Shown: one piece after another, positions 38,228 through 52,581 of the stretch
Position numbering within the stretch: the stretch's first letter is position 1
How the letters are laid out: each line of letters starts with the position of its first letter
Assembly (NCBI GenBank): GCA_951406725.2
Contig: OX597824.1
Location: 18,104,001 to 18,168,000 of the forward strand
Direction: 5' to 3'
Length of the DNA stretch: 64,000 nt
Source of the DNA: Octopus vulgaris
Lineage: Eukaryota
Notes under the pieces: model-generated
What the model was told of the DNA's origin: nothing
The model's database searches: none
Seen by the model: only the letters and a program-made list of their open reading frames with translations
Made by a program: the position numbers and the translations under genes

Positions 38228-39848
38228 ATATGTATAAGTACATGTATATATAAATGATGGGGAATTTCTTATTGAATTCCTACTTTATGTATATGATGTA
38301 TACGATAGGATTCTGCACAGTTTCCGTCTGTGAAATACACTCACATGTTCTTTATCCAATTAGGTGGATTATAGAATTTACTTACGGTAAAATTGAACCC
38401 GAAACCATGTGAGTTTGAAACGTGTTCCCTAACAGTGCAACCGCATATACGGCATTGAAATACATACGCTGATTTCCCGCCTATTGTACGTTGTTTTCTA
38501 ATTCGTAATTTTTTTTTTTCTATATTTCTCACAACAATCTATCAACTTCACTCGGACAGAAAATGCAAGCCAAAATTTACTTCTCATAAGAATTCTATAT
38601 CTTTTTATGTCCTCCAACATGTTTGTCTAAAAATCTTCACATTTTTCACATCGCTTGCATGACAAAAGCTGCATCTTCTATTTCGACGCCACAAAAATGA
38701 TTTACGCCTGAATGAATACCTGCCAATATACAACAAAACACAAATATGTCGAACATTTATATACATCTAGTACTTTATACTTATCATACTCACACATGCT
38801 TATAGTGAACCCATCAAAAACCGTTCATCTAACAGGAAATCTATTGTATTGTACAGTTCAATAACTTATTTATTTGTCACACCTCTTTATCTTTTACAGG
38901 TACGTTATTTTTCTCTGTCCCTCTCAAACTCATGTTTTTATGCCATGCCAACCCTAATCTAATCTGAGTCTAATCAATGCCTTTGCTTTCCTCTTGCTCC
39001 TCCCACTTAGTCACACCTACTATACCTGCTACTCTATTAACGAGCCAACGGGGGAGTCAGTTTCGTGGTCTGTCCACCAATTAGAAATAGCAGCAATTTC
39101 GCCCACTAATCACACCATATCTTATTTTACAAAAGATGACACATAGGATGTGTTCATAGATATTTGCTGTCATAGAAAAAAAAATCAAGAAAAGAAAATG
39201 ATTAGATGAAAATGACTGCAGTTCCTCTTTTGTACACATCTCTTCAATCACGTTGTATATTGCCATTTGTCGAAAAAGAAATCACGAACGATAACAGCTG
39301 CTAACAAATTTCGTATAGGATTGATATTTGTATTTACACCCTTTCAAAGCGAAGAAGATTAGATCAGCCTTCGATCAATTCAGTAAAGGATTCAAAACTT
39401 GTGCAAATTACACTTTTATACACTACGGGATGATGTAGAACCAGCTATACAATATAGGAGAGAATGGAGGAGGATGTTAATGGAGCAAACACCGATGAAC
39501 ATAGTTCTGTTTAAAACAGATGATCAAGGAAAATTCTCCAGCAGCAGCAGCAGCAGCAGAAACATATAAGACAGCGGCAAAAGCAATAGTATCGGCAACA
39601 ACAACCTTATCAAAAACATATTCTTGTGAACATTTCTCAAGAAAATAGCGTTGCAAAGTTTTCAGAAAATATTTTTTTCTTTGATAAACCTTCACTAATA
39701 AAAGAGCTGCTGATGTTAAGAGCATTATAGCTGACTCCCTATCTTCCTACTTCAATCTCCCGACTCCTCTCCCTTTCACTTTATCAATCTCTCTTTCTCT
39801 CTCTATCTGTCTGTCTGTCTCTCCCCCTCTCTCTCTCTCTCTCTCTCG

Positions 39849-39898
<50 letters not shown>

Positions 39899-40849
39899 CC
39901 GAAGATTGCCAACCGTCAGAAACGTCACACGTCTAATCTTCCTTCTGGTGTAAAAAAGTATTCCACTTCTTGAACTATTTCTGCTAATTCTTGCAAACTC
40001 AGAACATCACATATTTCTTCAGACATTACCGTTTTCCAAAAATGAATCATTTAAGAGTAGTTCAAAAGCTTCTCACTCAGACACGCGCTGGTTACACGCA
40101 TGAAGTATTAAAAGATATATCAATAATAAAAACCAAGATTAAAGGCGGAAAAAAACTACGCAGAGAAAAGAAGTTTTAAAAAAATAAATCAATGATTGGT
40201 TTACAGAATATTTTACAGTCATATTTTAGGTTAAAAGGTTAAAAGGTCACAATTCACTTCCAACAATTGCCATGCTTTTAAATTGCATTTTGAAAATTTA
40301 TTTTCATTTCCATGTCTCTTAGCATTTGTATTTCTTCCAGCTCGTCTGTGTTTGCATGTGTGCGTATGTGTGCACTCAAGTGTTTATGCATCCTTTTATT
40401 CTTTTGTAGGTTACAATCACTTGACTACGGTCACCATTGAAAAACTTCCTCTACAGGTTTTTTCATACAAGCATATCGGTTCAAATAATTATTACAGGCT
40501 ACTATTACATTAGTCGGTGTCTACTTGTCGAACCACTAACTATGAAAAACAGGGACTCACTATTAGCAACAACATAGTAACCAAACGATTTGCAGGTCAC
40601 TTTACTTCTAGGTCTCTTCTGTGATTCTGACACCCATGCTGTTCTTTCTTCCTCCCTTAAACTCTTAAGGCTAGATCCCTTTGTAGAACCCCATGGACAA
40701 CGCACTTCTTTCTCTGAGAAACAGCTACAATGAATAAATGATGATAAAATCGTTTTAATGAACTGTCAACAGCATTGGAGACCATAAAACTTAAAGTTGT
40801 TTTTGTGGGACTGGAAGCTGTATGAATGTTGGAAAAGTGTTACCTCTAT

Positions 40850-41452
40850 CATAAGGATTCTCGTCGAGTGCCGAAATGCCGACATCATAACTGCAGTTCA
40901 ATGCTCTATGAACACTGTAAAGAATTTAAGGTGACATGGACAACTACAAGGCCGACATCGAAGCCGTGACCAGAAGAGATATAGCCGGCGTTCTGACTGG
41001 GTTTGCATGCAACAGTCTATCTCCGCAACATTGAACAGAGCCTCAGACTCAAATTCAGACGGCTATGTAAAGCTACTGGAGACAGGTCAAACTCAGGCTG
41101 AAGAGAGTTGTTACTGAAAGGTCATATGTGCAACATCAGGATTCGGCCCCTTAGCATATCTCTGGAAATAATCGGAAGGGATTGTCTGAGGAATTCCACA
41201 GCATGATCAGCACCCTCCACCTTATGTCTGGCGTCCTAATTCCTCCGATTGTAAATTCCACGGATTACTACGAGTGGAGCGTGGTTGAGAAAGGTACCAA
41301 CTGTTGTGTCAGCTTACACAGAGGCCGATCTTGTGGCCAAGATCAAAGAGATGCTGGAAGATCTTCCCAGGAACACAGTGAGGAACAGATGCACCTGATT
41401 TCGGAGACGTCATGAGGCCGCGGTGAAAGCTGAAGGCGGCTACTTTAAATAA
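40850..41452 (+). pseudogene. Tc1/mariner-superfamily transposase relic
   Basis: YVQHQDSAP*H (about 41125-41157), WRPNSSDC/..TDYYEWSVVEKGTN (about 41229-41300), EAAVKAEGGYFK* (stop 41450-41452); these match the QQDxAPxH, WPPNSPDxNPxDY and C-terminal GGYFE motifs. Confidence 0.8.
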
Positions 41453-43290
41453 ACTGTTATCGCCCAGCCTAATCTAGCGGGTATTTTTTTTTTATTCTTA
41501 GAAAGGACTCTAAATGTCAGACAGTGTGACGAGTCGATTAAAGCTACATATCGCTTGACTGAATACAAAGTAAGCGACCAAACACGGTACCAAGGACGGT
41601 TGAACACCAGGAGAGAAAACTATTAAGAATTAAGCATTTGTGTAATTTTTGTGCGAGTGTCTGTATCGGCGTATATGGATGTGTACACGTTTGAACATAG
41701 GAGTGTGTACATGTGTACGAATGGCTTTCATAAAATCATGTACTCAAGAAACGAGTGTGTGCGTGTGTGTGTGTGAGAGAGAAAAAAGCGTGTGTGTGTG
41801 TATGTATGTGTGCATGTGTGTGTGTGTGTGTTTATCCGTGTGAGTGTATTAAATACGAAGACAGAGAAGTGTCTTAATTTCATCTGTTTTAAATTGTTCC
41901 TTCGTACAGAAAACCGCTCGTTTTGAAATTACAGGCTCCTGAGATTTATCACACACACACACACACACATGCATTTAAGAATTTTTACTAAATGTAGCTA
42001 ACGCTCATACATCTTTACATCATTCAATGTCTTTAGTGCTTTTTTTTTAAAGCAATTTCATTTTGAGTTTTGTTTTTGTTTGTTCTTCTTTTACAAAATT
42101 TTCGTCTATTTCCTAAAATTCAGGCCTTTCATTTATAGATTACAATACTTTTGTCCCTTTCTCTCTCCTTTCTCCTATACGATTGATCTCTTCTTTCATT
42201 CTATAATTTTAAATTTCTTAACCTGACATTATATTTCCCCCATCTTTTCTTTTGTACAGGAGTGCCTAATAAATGCTTTAATATTGCAGATATTATGAAC
42301 GCCATCCTTTCACACACACATACAGCCATACATTCTCATGTATAGTGATTATTAATTTCATTTTTTTTTTCGCTAACTATTGCTTCTTTTGGTTATTAAT
42401 AAAGTGTTCATCGTAATACTTGCCCTGATACTGAAGGCCGATCGAAAGTTTCCATTTAAATTTTTTCCCCACTCATCGTTCCTTGTTCCGTCCCATTCTA
42501 CTATTTTTTCCCTCGTTTTCTGATAGCCCAATCAGCGGAAACCAGTCTCTTCATACACAAAACTAAATTACCATTTTCGAATCGAAACATTCCTTTAAAT
42601 TTCTTTAATCACTTCTATTTACTTCGTTCATACTTTTGTACGTTTACTTCCATGTACTACCATCTTAATTAAATATTTATGCTTTATATGTATAAAAAAA
42701 ACACTGCATTTTTTTATATTATATATATATTAAATTTTATATGTGTAGAATACAAACTGAAACAGTCAAGATTACGCTAAGCTATGCAAGGTATCATAAA
42801 TTTAAAACGATATTTTACATTACATTTCGTTTCAGTTGAATTATCACAGCACAATCCGCATTTTGTCATGACCAGTAAATATATCTTATTTCACAAAAAC
42901 ACGTATATTATAGGCTTAGTCTGTGTCGCTGTACACTGAAGCTATTGCCGAGTAAAATCCTCCAAATAATAAATGGGCTTTTATAGTGAAGTTCATATTT
43001 TGTACGAGCATTCGGATCATGTCTACAGGTTGACAATAAACTTCTCACTTACTCATAGGAAATGTAGAATTCATGTATAGTTGCACGAATACAGGACTTC
43101 CTAATATGCGGCCATTTACTGAATGGATCACAGTTTCTTACACAATTTAATGATCCAGTTTTCATCATTAAAGTCAGAATTCAAACACCAGGATTAATTT
43201 TCAGTCTATTTTATTAACTTTTGTCTTCGTCATTAGAATTTATCGTTTCCGTCAAATAATGCTGAACTCAGAAACGACTTATGTCACACT

Positions 43291-43344
<54 letters not shown>

Positions 43345-43399
43345 ACGCGCGCGCGCTGCTAATATAATCTGTCAGCTGATTTTTGTGAGAATTATGTTT

Positions 43400-43700
43400 T
43401 TCTAGAAGGTGAGAAAGTCTTTTACTTTTCGTGCCTACGCTCTTCATGAAGAAGGAACATGAGAAAATAAACAGAGAGAGAATAAAAAATAAAGCTTTGG
43501 TAGCTAGCGGTCAATCCCCCCACTCGCAAAAAAAAGAACAAACACAACGTGAGGACGTGATACATGTAAAGTATAAGCAGACGCTCAGGGAAGGAAAGAA
43601 AGGTGGTTTAACGTTTCGAGCAAAGCTCTTCTTCAGAAACTGGAATGTCTAATAGAAAAGGAAGATGTAGCAAAAGAATCGCCAACGATTCAGATGTGGT
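43400..43700 (-). mobile_element. Two tandem units of the minimal-hammerhead family, about 190 nt apart
   Basis: HHR 43606-43640(-): gttt-CTGAAGA-a-gagc ttt gctc-GAAA-cg-TT-aaac. A degenerate second motif lies at 43416-43455(-). Confidence 0.65.
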
Positions 43701-44130
43701 TACATTTCGAAATCACCATCGTTATGATATATTCTCTTAAGAACTTAGAAGAGTACTCTATAAGGCTCATCCAGCTACAAATTTCACTCATTGCTATCCA
43801 GTAGCAGTATTATACCTACTTCTAGGTTTGCGTTTGGCCGTCTATCGTGTGTGAAGAGATAAATTCAGTGGCTATTACTAACTTCAAGTCACGGCAGACA
43901 GAGAAGTTGCTCTTGAAATCGAGCTTTTGAACTTCGGTAGACAATATTTACATATTGCTTGAGGAAACACAACAAGATCTTATAATGCAAAGGAACAGTT
44001 GCATAATCGAGTACCCGCATGCCTGGAGAACTACGTTGCATAGAAACTATTGAAGTGATTGAAAATAAATGTCCGACCGTACTCCTTCTTGTTGACTCCA
44101 ACTTTTTCAGTTATATAAATATATGAATAC

Positions 44131-44169
<39 letters not shown>

Positions 44170-44424
44170 TGTGAAGCGTTGTGCAGAATATATTGTATAA
44201 AGGCTAAACTTAGATAAACTTAGATATGTTTCGACCAAAGATTGGTCCAGGGCATGTCTAACTTAATAGCACCACCTGATAGGATTATTTGAATCCTGTT
44301 TAAGTCAAGTTTTGTTTATGGTCCATTCAAGTAGTGAGGTTTTGTTGGGTGAGTTGTATCCAATTATGGGTGGCCTATCTGTCAATGAGAAGTAAATGCA
44401 AGTTAGATCACAAGAAAACAAATA

Positions 44425-44726
44425 TAAGAGTTGTTTGCCAACACGACATGGCTGTCCTGGTTTAGGACTAACGTTGCTGTAATTTAGCCCCAGGCGACGA
44501 TGTCTCCCGGGGCTATACAACACGATCTGTGTCCTTATATTTTCTAACAAGGGAATCTAGCACCCCCTCTCAGCTCTAAAACAATATCTGTGTATCGCGA
44601 TTTCTAGGTTATTTCTCTTCATTAGCACAGAATAATTGCTCGCCTAGAGGATGTCTCCTGGGGCTAAATTACAGCAACATTAGTCCGAAGCCAGGATTGC
44701 GATGTTGTGCTGGCAAACAATCTTTA
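44425..44726. mobile_element. MITE/foldback with about 70-bp imperfect TIRs
   Basis: ttgtttgccaacacgacat...ggactaacgttgctgtaatttagccccagg (44431-44494) versus cctgggggctaaattacagcaacattagtcc...gatgttgtgctggcaaacaa (44657-44720). Confidence 0.75.
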
Positions 44727-44849
44727 CTACAAAGTACTGTTGCTGAATATCTCATATTTTGATATTTAAAAATGGTAATTTTCTAATGTAGACTAACATT
44801 GTAATCAATATTTCGGGGTTGTGACCCCATTTTCAAGAAATAGACAAAT

Positions 44850-44887
<38 letters not shown>

Positions 44888-45356
44888 ATACATATGTATT
44901 TGGTAATACGGTTTAAACATATATCTATATCAATCAAGAACAATAAATTTCTACGCTACACACGAGACCTAACTGTATAGATATGTATGATAAAGAGATG
45001 GGTTTGTGTTATGTCTAGTAGTAAATAGCGTGGGAGTAATTAATTATCTTAATAAGAAAACATATATCAATTAGTTAAACAAGAAAATAGTCAACGCTTA
45101 TTGATCTTAGGAGTTCAGGTGTCGTCAACGGAAGTAATAGTCATAAATGAACAGGTGGGTTTGAGTATAATTCAGTTTTTCCCTCTGATCAAAAATGTAA
45201 TTAATATGCAAATGATTTCTGATCAAATTAAGGCTACAGATTCTTGCTTTTTTTTTTTCCTGTCTTTCGTACAATAAAAGAAAAACACTAAATAAAAGCA
45301 AAACTTATACTTTCGGCCAGAATTGTTTGTGAAACTCTTTATAGTGGAACGAGTGT

Positions 45357-45588
45357 AGGCGGCGAGCTGGCAGAAATGTTAGCATGCCGGGCGAAATGCT
45401 TAGCGGTATTTCGTCTGCGGTTATGTTCTGAGTTCAAATTCCACCGAGGTCGACTTTGCCTTTCATCCTTTCGGGGTCGATAAATTAAGTACCAGTTACG
45501 AACTGGGGTCGATGTAATCGACTTAATACCTATATCTGTCCTTATTTGTCTCCTCTGTGTTAAGCCCCTTGTGGGTAGTAAAGAAATA
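45357..45588 (+). mobile_element. SINE family B, full length with TSD
   Basis: TSD tatagtggaacgagt (45340-45354) / tatagtggagcgagt (45589-45603). Confidence 0.88.
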
Positions 45589-47201
45589 TATAGTGGAGCG
45601 AGTATTCTGTAGCGCATTTACCTCAAAATATATTAACCACTTTGCAACAAAATAGATAAACCTATGTAGCATTTTCTCATGTCTCATAGCCATTTAAGCA
45701 AGAACAATTTCCGTACTCCTCTCTCTCCTGCCTTCCCTCTTATTCTCTCACACACAGACACACGCAAACGTATATCTTATCAAATTATCTTCAAATTACA
45801 CCAATAGTATTTCATTTACTATCGCCAACTATTCGATAAGCATTTTGATTTATTAGAATCCGCTGTCACTTTGGAAGTTGTTTTCCTTTTCAACCAATAT
45901 TATTTTTGATAAGTATTTTCTCAGAAATATTATATTTTACTGTAATATTTCATGCTATTTAAGTCCTATTTTCCTTGTTTTAGCAGGGAACTCAGAAAGA
46001 CAACCACATCTTTATATCACTTAACCAATTAAGACACATATTACTTTAAGAAATATGGTTTTATATCCTCTAAAACTTACATTAGTATATTTGAAATGCC
46101 AATTATTTTCCTCTTCTTGGCATTAGCTATTTCTAAGCTATTCTTTTCATCGTATTTTCTTAGAAGGAATGGAAGACACATATATTATAATAACCAGTCC
46201 GTTTATATTTGTTTTCGTTTTTTCCACGATGGAGGGTGATCGCCAAACGATTTTCAAAACACCATATTGGGCGTTCCCTCCAGTTTGTTGTCTTCTTTTT
46301 AGTTTGCTATTATTGTACAAATTACTTACTGAATGAAAAATAAAAGAACCATTCTAAAAGTATATTTCTTTCGCATCTCTCACACGTACACAGTCACAAC
46401 ACCGGCGTATTTGTCTATAAATACAAAAAGAGACAAACAGACGATGTATGTAATGGACTGTACGGTGGATTATAAAGACGGGTTGACTTCAAAATGGCGG
46501 AATCCAAAATACAAGGATATACGCAACAGAAAGACACGCATACGTGCAAAGGACACACCCAGACGCATATATGTGTGTGTGCATGTGTGAATGCATGTGT
46601 GAGTCTGTGTATGTTATGTGTGTAGTATATACATCCTTTATAAATATATTTATAGACGGATTCCAAAATGTTCAAAGGACACTTGTGTGCGATAGACCCA
46701 CAAGAACAGTTTTCCAGAGTTTGTGGTTTATATGTTCCTCTATTGGGTGGGGCACAGAGCCATCATCGCAAGATCGTTCGATTTTGTTAGCTGTTAGGAT
46801 TGGAGCAAAGGGAAATAAAGTGTTCTCTTGAAGAATACAACTCATATCCCAACCCAAGAACCAAAATGATAGTCTTACTAACGTGAGTGCAACATTATAG
46901 TACTAACCCACATACCTCCATGTATACCATGTACACGCAGACCACATAAGTATGTATAGGTATACAAGAATGCATAGATTATTGGTATTCTTGGAGGAAG
47001 AATTTGTATATCACGTTCAGTTGATTCATTAGAATTTATCATGGAAACATGACAGGGTATGAAGTTTACATGTAGCACAATGGGGACATGTGGAGGTCAG
47101 AACTAATGAAATTCTGGCAATACCATTGCGATCGTTTCCTTTCGATTGTTCCACTACGTGTGTGTGTGTGTGTGTACGCATGTTTGTGTGAGTGTGTGTA
47201 T

Positions 47202-47244
<43 letters not shown>

Positions 47245-47412
47245 GTGTATATTTTTGGAAACGTATACTTAGACTTTATAAATATAAGCATATTAATTAC
47301 ATATATGATTTTATGCTACGTAAATATATACATATATATATACACATACTCAAATACACCTACATACCCTCACACGCGCACACACATATATGTATACATA
47401 CATACATTTATA

Positions 47413-47446
<34 letters not shown>

Positions 47447-47453
47447 CATATAC

Positions 47454-47498
<45 letters not shown>

Positions 47499-47520
47499 CA
47501 TATCTATCTATCTATCAATC

Positions 47521-47554
<34 letters not shown>

Positions 47555-48212
47555 CATGTATGTATGTATGTATGTATGTATGTATGTATATGTATTTTGC
47601 ATTGAATTATGTGTACGCATCAATTTATACATAATGTATGTATAGCACATATGAAAATTATTATTATTATCATTATTATTATATATATATATATTTGTAC
47701 GATTGTATCTAAAAGTATATGAGCATATGACAATCAAATCAATTCACTGCAATGCAAGACAATATAAAATTGCTACATCAATTCACTTTATAAGAATTGA
47801 TGCTATCGCTATATATACGAAAAAACCATTTTAGAATAAATGAAATATCTCGTATCATTTTTTTTTTGTTTTTTTTTTTAGCTGCCTTTTGAAAAGAAGA
47901 AAGCTCTGAGTAAATGAATCCATGAATAACAGGAAAAAAGAAAAAAAATACTTAGCGAAAATGTAAAAACAAATAAAAGAATGTTACGTTTTCTTTCGAA
48001 AATATGAAACAATTTCTAAATGTTGAAAAAAAAAATCAACAACTTTAGATTAACAACTGCTCCACCTATTAAAAATATGCTTCTGTCGCCAGTCCATTGT
48101 GCGTTTTTCTTTCATTGTTATTTTACCTTAAGTGAAACATTATGTATGTATGTATGTATGTATATATGCATGCATGTATATATGCATGCATGTATGTATA
48201 TACGCATGTATG

Positions 48213-48246
<34 letters not shown>

Positions 48247-48427
48247 TGTATGCATGTATGTATGTATGGTATGTATGTATGTATGTATGTATGTATGTAT
48301 GTATGTATGCGTACTTAAATACATACAACTATATACACATACATGTTTATATATATACATATATATACATATATATATACATATATATATATACATATAT
48401 ATATACATATATATATACATATATATA

Positions 48428-48468
<41 letters not shown>

Positions 48469-48589
48469 TACATAGATAAGTAGATAGATAGATATGTCTG
48501 TATCTGTATGTATATATTTATATGCATACATATATAAATGTATACATATATGTATATACAAACGTATATGTGCATAGCTAAGTATACAT

Positions 48590-48668
<79 letters not shown>

Positions 48669-49284
48669 ATACTAATAAGCGTAAGAAGAATAAGCTTCAA
48701 ATATATTCTTCAAAATAACTATTCCTTTCTGTCATTTCCTGTCTTGTCACAATAATTTCCTGTCTGAATAGTTTTAATGACTCGTAGGAAAAAAAAGTAA
48801 ATAATAAAACAATGGATGACTAAAGATGACACGGCAGAAGGAAAAAAGTTAAATTTCCTCTCATCGTTTTGTCTTCCATTTTGATTTCGCCCTTCGTTCA
48901 CAATGATTTGTCATTGTACATTCTCATATGTATATATATATATATTGTTACACACATACATACATGTCTATTTCGGCTCATATTTTCTTGCTATACGTGT
49001 GTGCGTCTACATAAATGCATACTCACACACATACAAGCACACACACACACACACACATATATTTATTTATATACATACGTACTATATGTGTGTATATACG
49101 TATATGCATGTATAAAGATACATTATATATATATATATATATGTAAATATATATATATTTATGTATGCACATAAACCTACATACGTTTATATGTGTAAAC
49201 GTATGTAGATATGAATGCATATATATGCATATATATGTATATATAGACATATATATACATGCATGTATATATATATATATTTAC

Positions 49285-49315
<31 letters not shown>

Positions 49316-49378
49316 CATATATATATGCATATTTATATAGATATATATGATATATATAATATATATATATACATATAT

Positions 49379-49428
<50 letters not shown>

Positions 49429-49447
49429 ATGTATATATATATATATA

Positions 49448-49817
49448 CTAGCAGTATCGCCCGGCGTTGCTCAGGTTTGTAAGGGAAATAACTATAAAGC
49501 ATTTTTAGAGAGTTATAGCCAAAAAATAGCAAAAAAATTATGGTAAATTTTTTTTTGAGTTAAAAATGGTTGAGTTGCGTCCCCTAGACAGTCTGTGGTT
49601 TGTTTCTGATTCTCGACCCCATGTCGATTTTATTGATTTTTTCAGAACTGGGGGAACTTTTCAAAATTTTCGCTGCGTTAGTTTTGAATTATGACATTGG
49701 GCTATGTGTGTGTCAAGTTTCATCAGAATCGGTTGAAAGCCGTGGTCAGGGTGAGGGTACAAGCAAACAGACACACAGAAACACGCACAGACAAACTGCC
49801 GTTTATATATAGAGAGA
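49448..49817 (-). mobile_element. Non-autonomous Helitron with the same 3' end as 4071/19942 but a different 5' body
   Basis: Plus strand a|CTAGcagtatcgcccggcgttgctcagg... to ...tttatatatagagaGA|t, which is A|TC...CTAG|T on the minus strand. Confidence 0.82.
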
Positions 49818-49825
49818 TATATATA

Positions 49826-49866
<41 letters not shown>

Positions 49867-50233
49867 TATATGTGTGTGTATGTGTGTGTGTGTGTTTGTT
49901 CCTGCCTGTGTGCATCTGTCCCTGGTGCCCTCTTGTAGTTACACATTTCCTTATACGTTTATGTTCTGCATATTTTCTTCGCTGGTTTTATTTATGACCA
50001 AAACCATCTACGGGGAACCATCAATGAACATATTATCATAAACAAAATATGGCGACTTACAAAAAAGCGTGCTTCGTACAACTTACACAATGCCCTCATT
50101 GTTTGTCTTCTTTGCAGCAATGAAAATAATTCTTTTGACACCAAACCGCTTCACTGTAGGCGTCCTCACCTTTCTTCTCTCATATTTGTCTCATTTACAC
50201 AAAGGAACACGCGGAAAGTTTCTTGAAATTATG

Positions 50234-50285
<52 letters not shown>

Positions 50286-50321
50286 TTAAGAATAATAAGA
50301 ATACAACACATACGTAACAAT

Positions 50322-50327
50322 ATAATG

Positions 50328-50382
<55 letters not shown>

Positions 50383-50531
50383 TAATAATAATAATAATTA
50401 TAATTATAATGATAATAATAATAATGATAATAATAATAATAATAATGATAATAATAATAATAATAATAATAACAATAACGGTAATGATAGTAATAATAAT
50501 AGTAATATTAATAAAAAAAATAATAATAATA

Positions 50532-50562
<31 letters not shown>

Positions 50563-50566
50563 TAAC

Positions 50567-50601
<35 letters not shown>

Positions 50602-50638
50602 TAATAATAATAATAATAATATTATTAATAATAATATT

Positions 50639-50699
<61 letters not shown>

Positions 50700-50722
50700 T
50701 TAATAATAATAATAATAATAAT
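50322..50722. repeat. (TAA)n microsatellite
   Basis: Direct reading. Confidence 0.95.
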
Positions 50723-51019
50723 GTTAAAAATGATGAACATTTTAACATCAGTAGTAATGAAATGTCAAGAGAAAATTGGTAGTTTAAACGAACGCCTGAA
50801 ATTGTCACACAGAATGAAACAGTGACCATTTATCTATGAGAAGCAATCGAAACAGACCTGCCGCCGTGCGAAATTCATATTGACCCGATATTATCAAGTG
50901 TTACTGAAACACGACACAAGTATCGATCACAACTGAAAATAATGAAACGTTTGCAAATTATACGTATTTAAGAAAGAGACTATCGATTACAGTAAATGAA
51001 AATAATGTCATGTTTACGA

Positions 51020-51409
51020 TTGGATGGAAGCACTCCGTCGGTTACGACGACGAGGGTTCCGGTTGATCCGAATCAACGGAACAGCCTGCTCGTGAAATTA
51101 ACGTGTAAGTGGCTGAGCACTCCACAGACACGTGTACCCTTAACGTAATTCTCGGGGATATTCAGCGTGACACAGAGAGTGACAAGGCCGGCCCTTTGAA
51201 ATACAGGTACAACAGAAACAGGAAGTAAGAGTGAGAGAAAGTTGTGGTGAAAGAGTACAGCAGGGATCACCACCATCCCCTGCCGGAGCCGCGTGGAGCT
51301 TTAGGTGTTTTCGCTCAATAAACACTCACAACGCCCGGTCTGGGAATCGAAACCGCGATCCTATGACCGCGAGTCTGCTGCCCTAACCACTGGGCCATTG
51401 CGCCTCCAC
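51020..51409 (-). mobile_element. SINE family C, full length with TSD
   Basis: Near-identical to 3251-3637; flanks catgtttacga/catgtttccga. Confidence 0.88.
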
Positions 51410-51719
51410 CATGTTTCCGAGTGCTTTTTAAATGACGAGAAACGTGCAACGAAACAACGGGATTAACCAGCATAAAACACATAATAGAAAATATTTTTCC
51501 AAACTCCACATTGTCACTTATCGCTACGTGTAACTACGTAAAGTCCAACTTGTTCTGTTTTGTAACGAGCGTAACAACAACTACAGGCGAACGGTATCAT
51601 CGGTGTATTACACATTTACTCTTTATGGCTAGATCCAAAAACATTTTGGGGTTTCATAATTGGTAGGTAAGGATCGCATGGGCACATGAACAGACAAACA
51701 CAGCTTATTTGGTCGAACA

Positions 51720-52045
51720 AGTGAGGGCGCGTGGCTTAGTGGTTAGGGCATTCGGCTCATGATCGTAAGGTTGTGAGTTCGATTCTCGGCCACGCGTTGT
51801 GTCCTTGAGCAAGACACTTTATTTCACGTTGCTCCAGTCCACTCAGCTGGCAAAAATGAGTTGTACTTGTATTTCAAAGGGTCAGCCTTGTCACTCTCTG
51901 TGTCACGCTGATTATCCCCGAGAACTACGTTAAGGGTACACGTGTATGTGGAATGCTCAGCCATTTGCACGTTAATTTCACGAGCAAGCTGTTCCGTTGA
52001 TCGTATCAGCTGGGACCCTCGTCGTCGTAACCGGCGGAGTCTTTA
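51720..52045 (+). mobile_element. SINE family D (tRNA head, CORE-like domain, 3' tail shared with family C; possibly OR2-like) with TSD
   Basis: A-box tggcttagtgg, B-box gagttcgattc, gtgtccttgagcaagacactt; TSD atttggtcgaaca at 51707-51719 and 52046-52058. Confidence 0.88.
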
Positions 52046-52373
52046 ATTTGGTCGAACATACATTTTAGAAACAATGTAATAAATATAATGCTATATAACT
52101 ATCAGGCAGAATATGGATATCAAGCAGGGATGAAATTCATTGTTCAGTGCGTTGAACAAGAAAAGATCTAGCTTCGTTAATATAAGTGAAAGCTGTTTTA
52201 ATTTGTCGCTCGTTCTTGTGCGACAGATTCAAGTAGAAAACGCTTTCATATTTTTGTTGCCTAATATTGCCGATATGCACTTAATTTTGCCATTTATAGA
52301 TTGTTTAGCGTTTGTCATCGTTCCAAATTAGTTTTACTTGACACAAAATGAATGTGTGTGTGTGTGTGTCTCT

Positions 52374-52439
<66 letters not shown>

Positions 52440-52581
52440 CTGCACGTATGTATGTGCGTGCGTTTGTTTCTCTGAGTGAGCCTCTGTGTTATTTTTGTCG
52501 CTGCCATTTTGTCGAATGTATGGCTAACGATCAGCAGTATTACTTTTCAAAAGTTTGACTGATCGATATTTTCCCTTTCGA

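Noticed and set aside
41095-41128. CTGAAGA...GAAA..TC inside the transposase relic
   Set aside because: No stem I or stem III pairing; a chance match in coding sequence
34205-42270. Splice-acceptor-like polypyrimidine-CAG sites (about 34224, 38899, 42259)
   Set aside because: No open exon with a matching donor or recognisable protein follows; a host gene cannot be supported without RNA data
44220-44261. Hammerhead-like hairpin on the minus strand (gaccaa tct ttggtc-GAAA-ca-TA) near (TA)n
   Set aside because: The core reads CATGCCCTG rather than CUGANGA; it folds better as a simple stem with an internal loop
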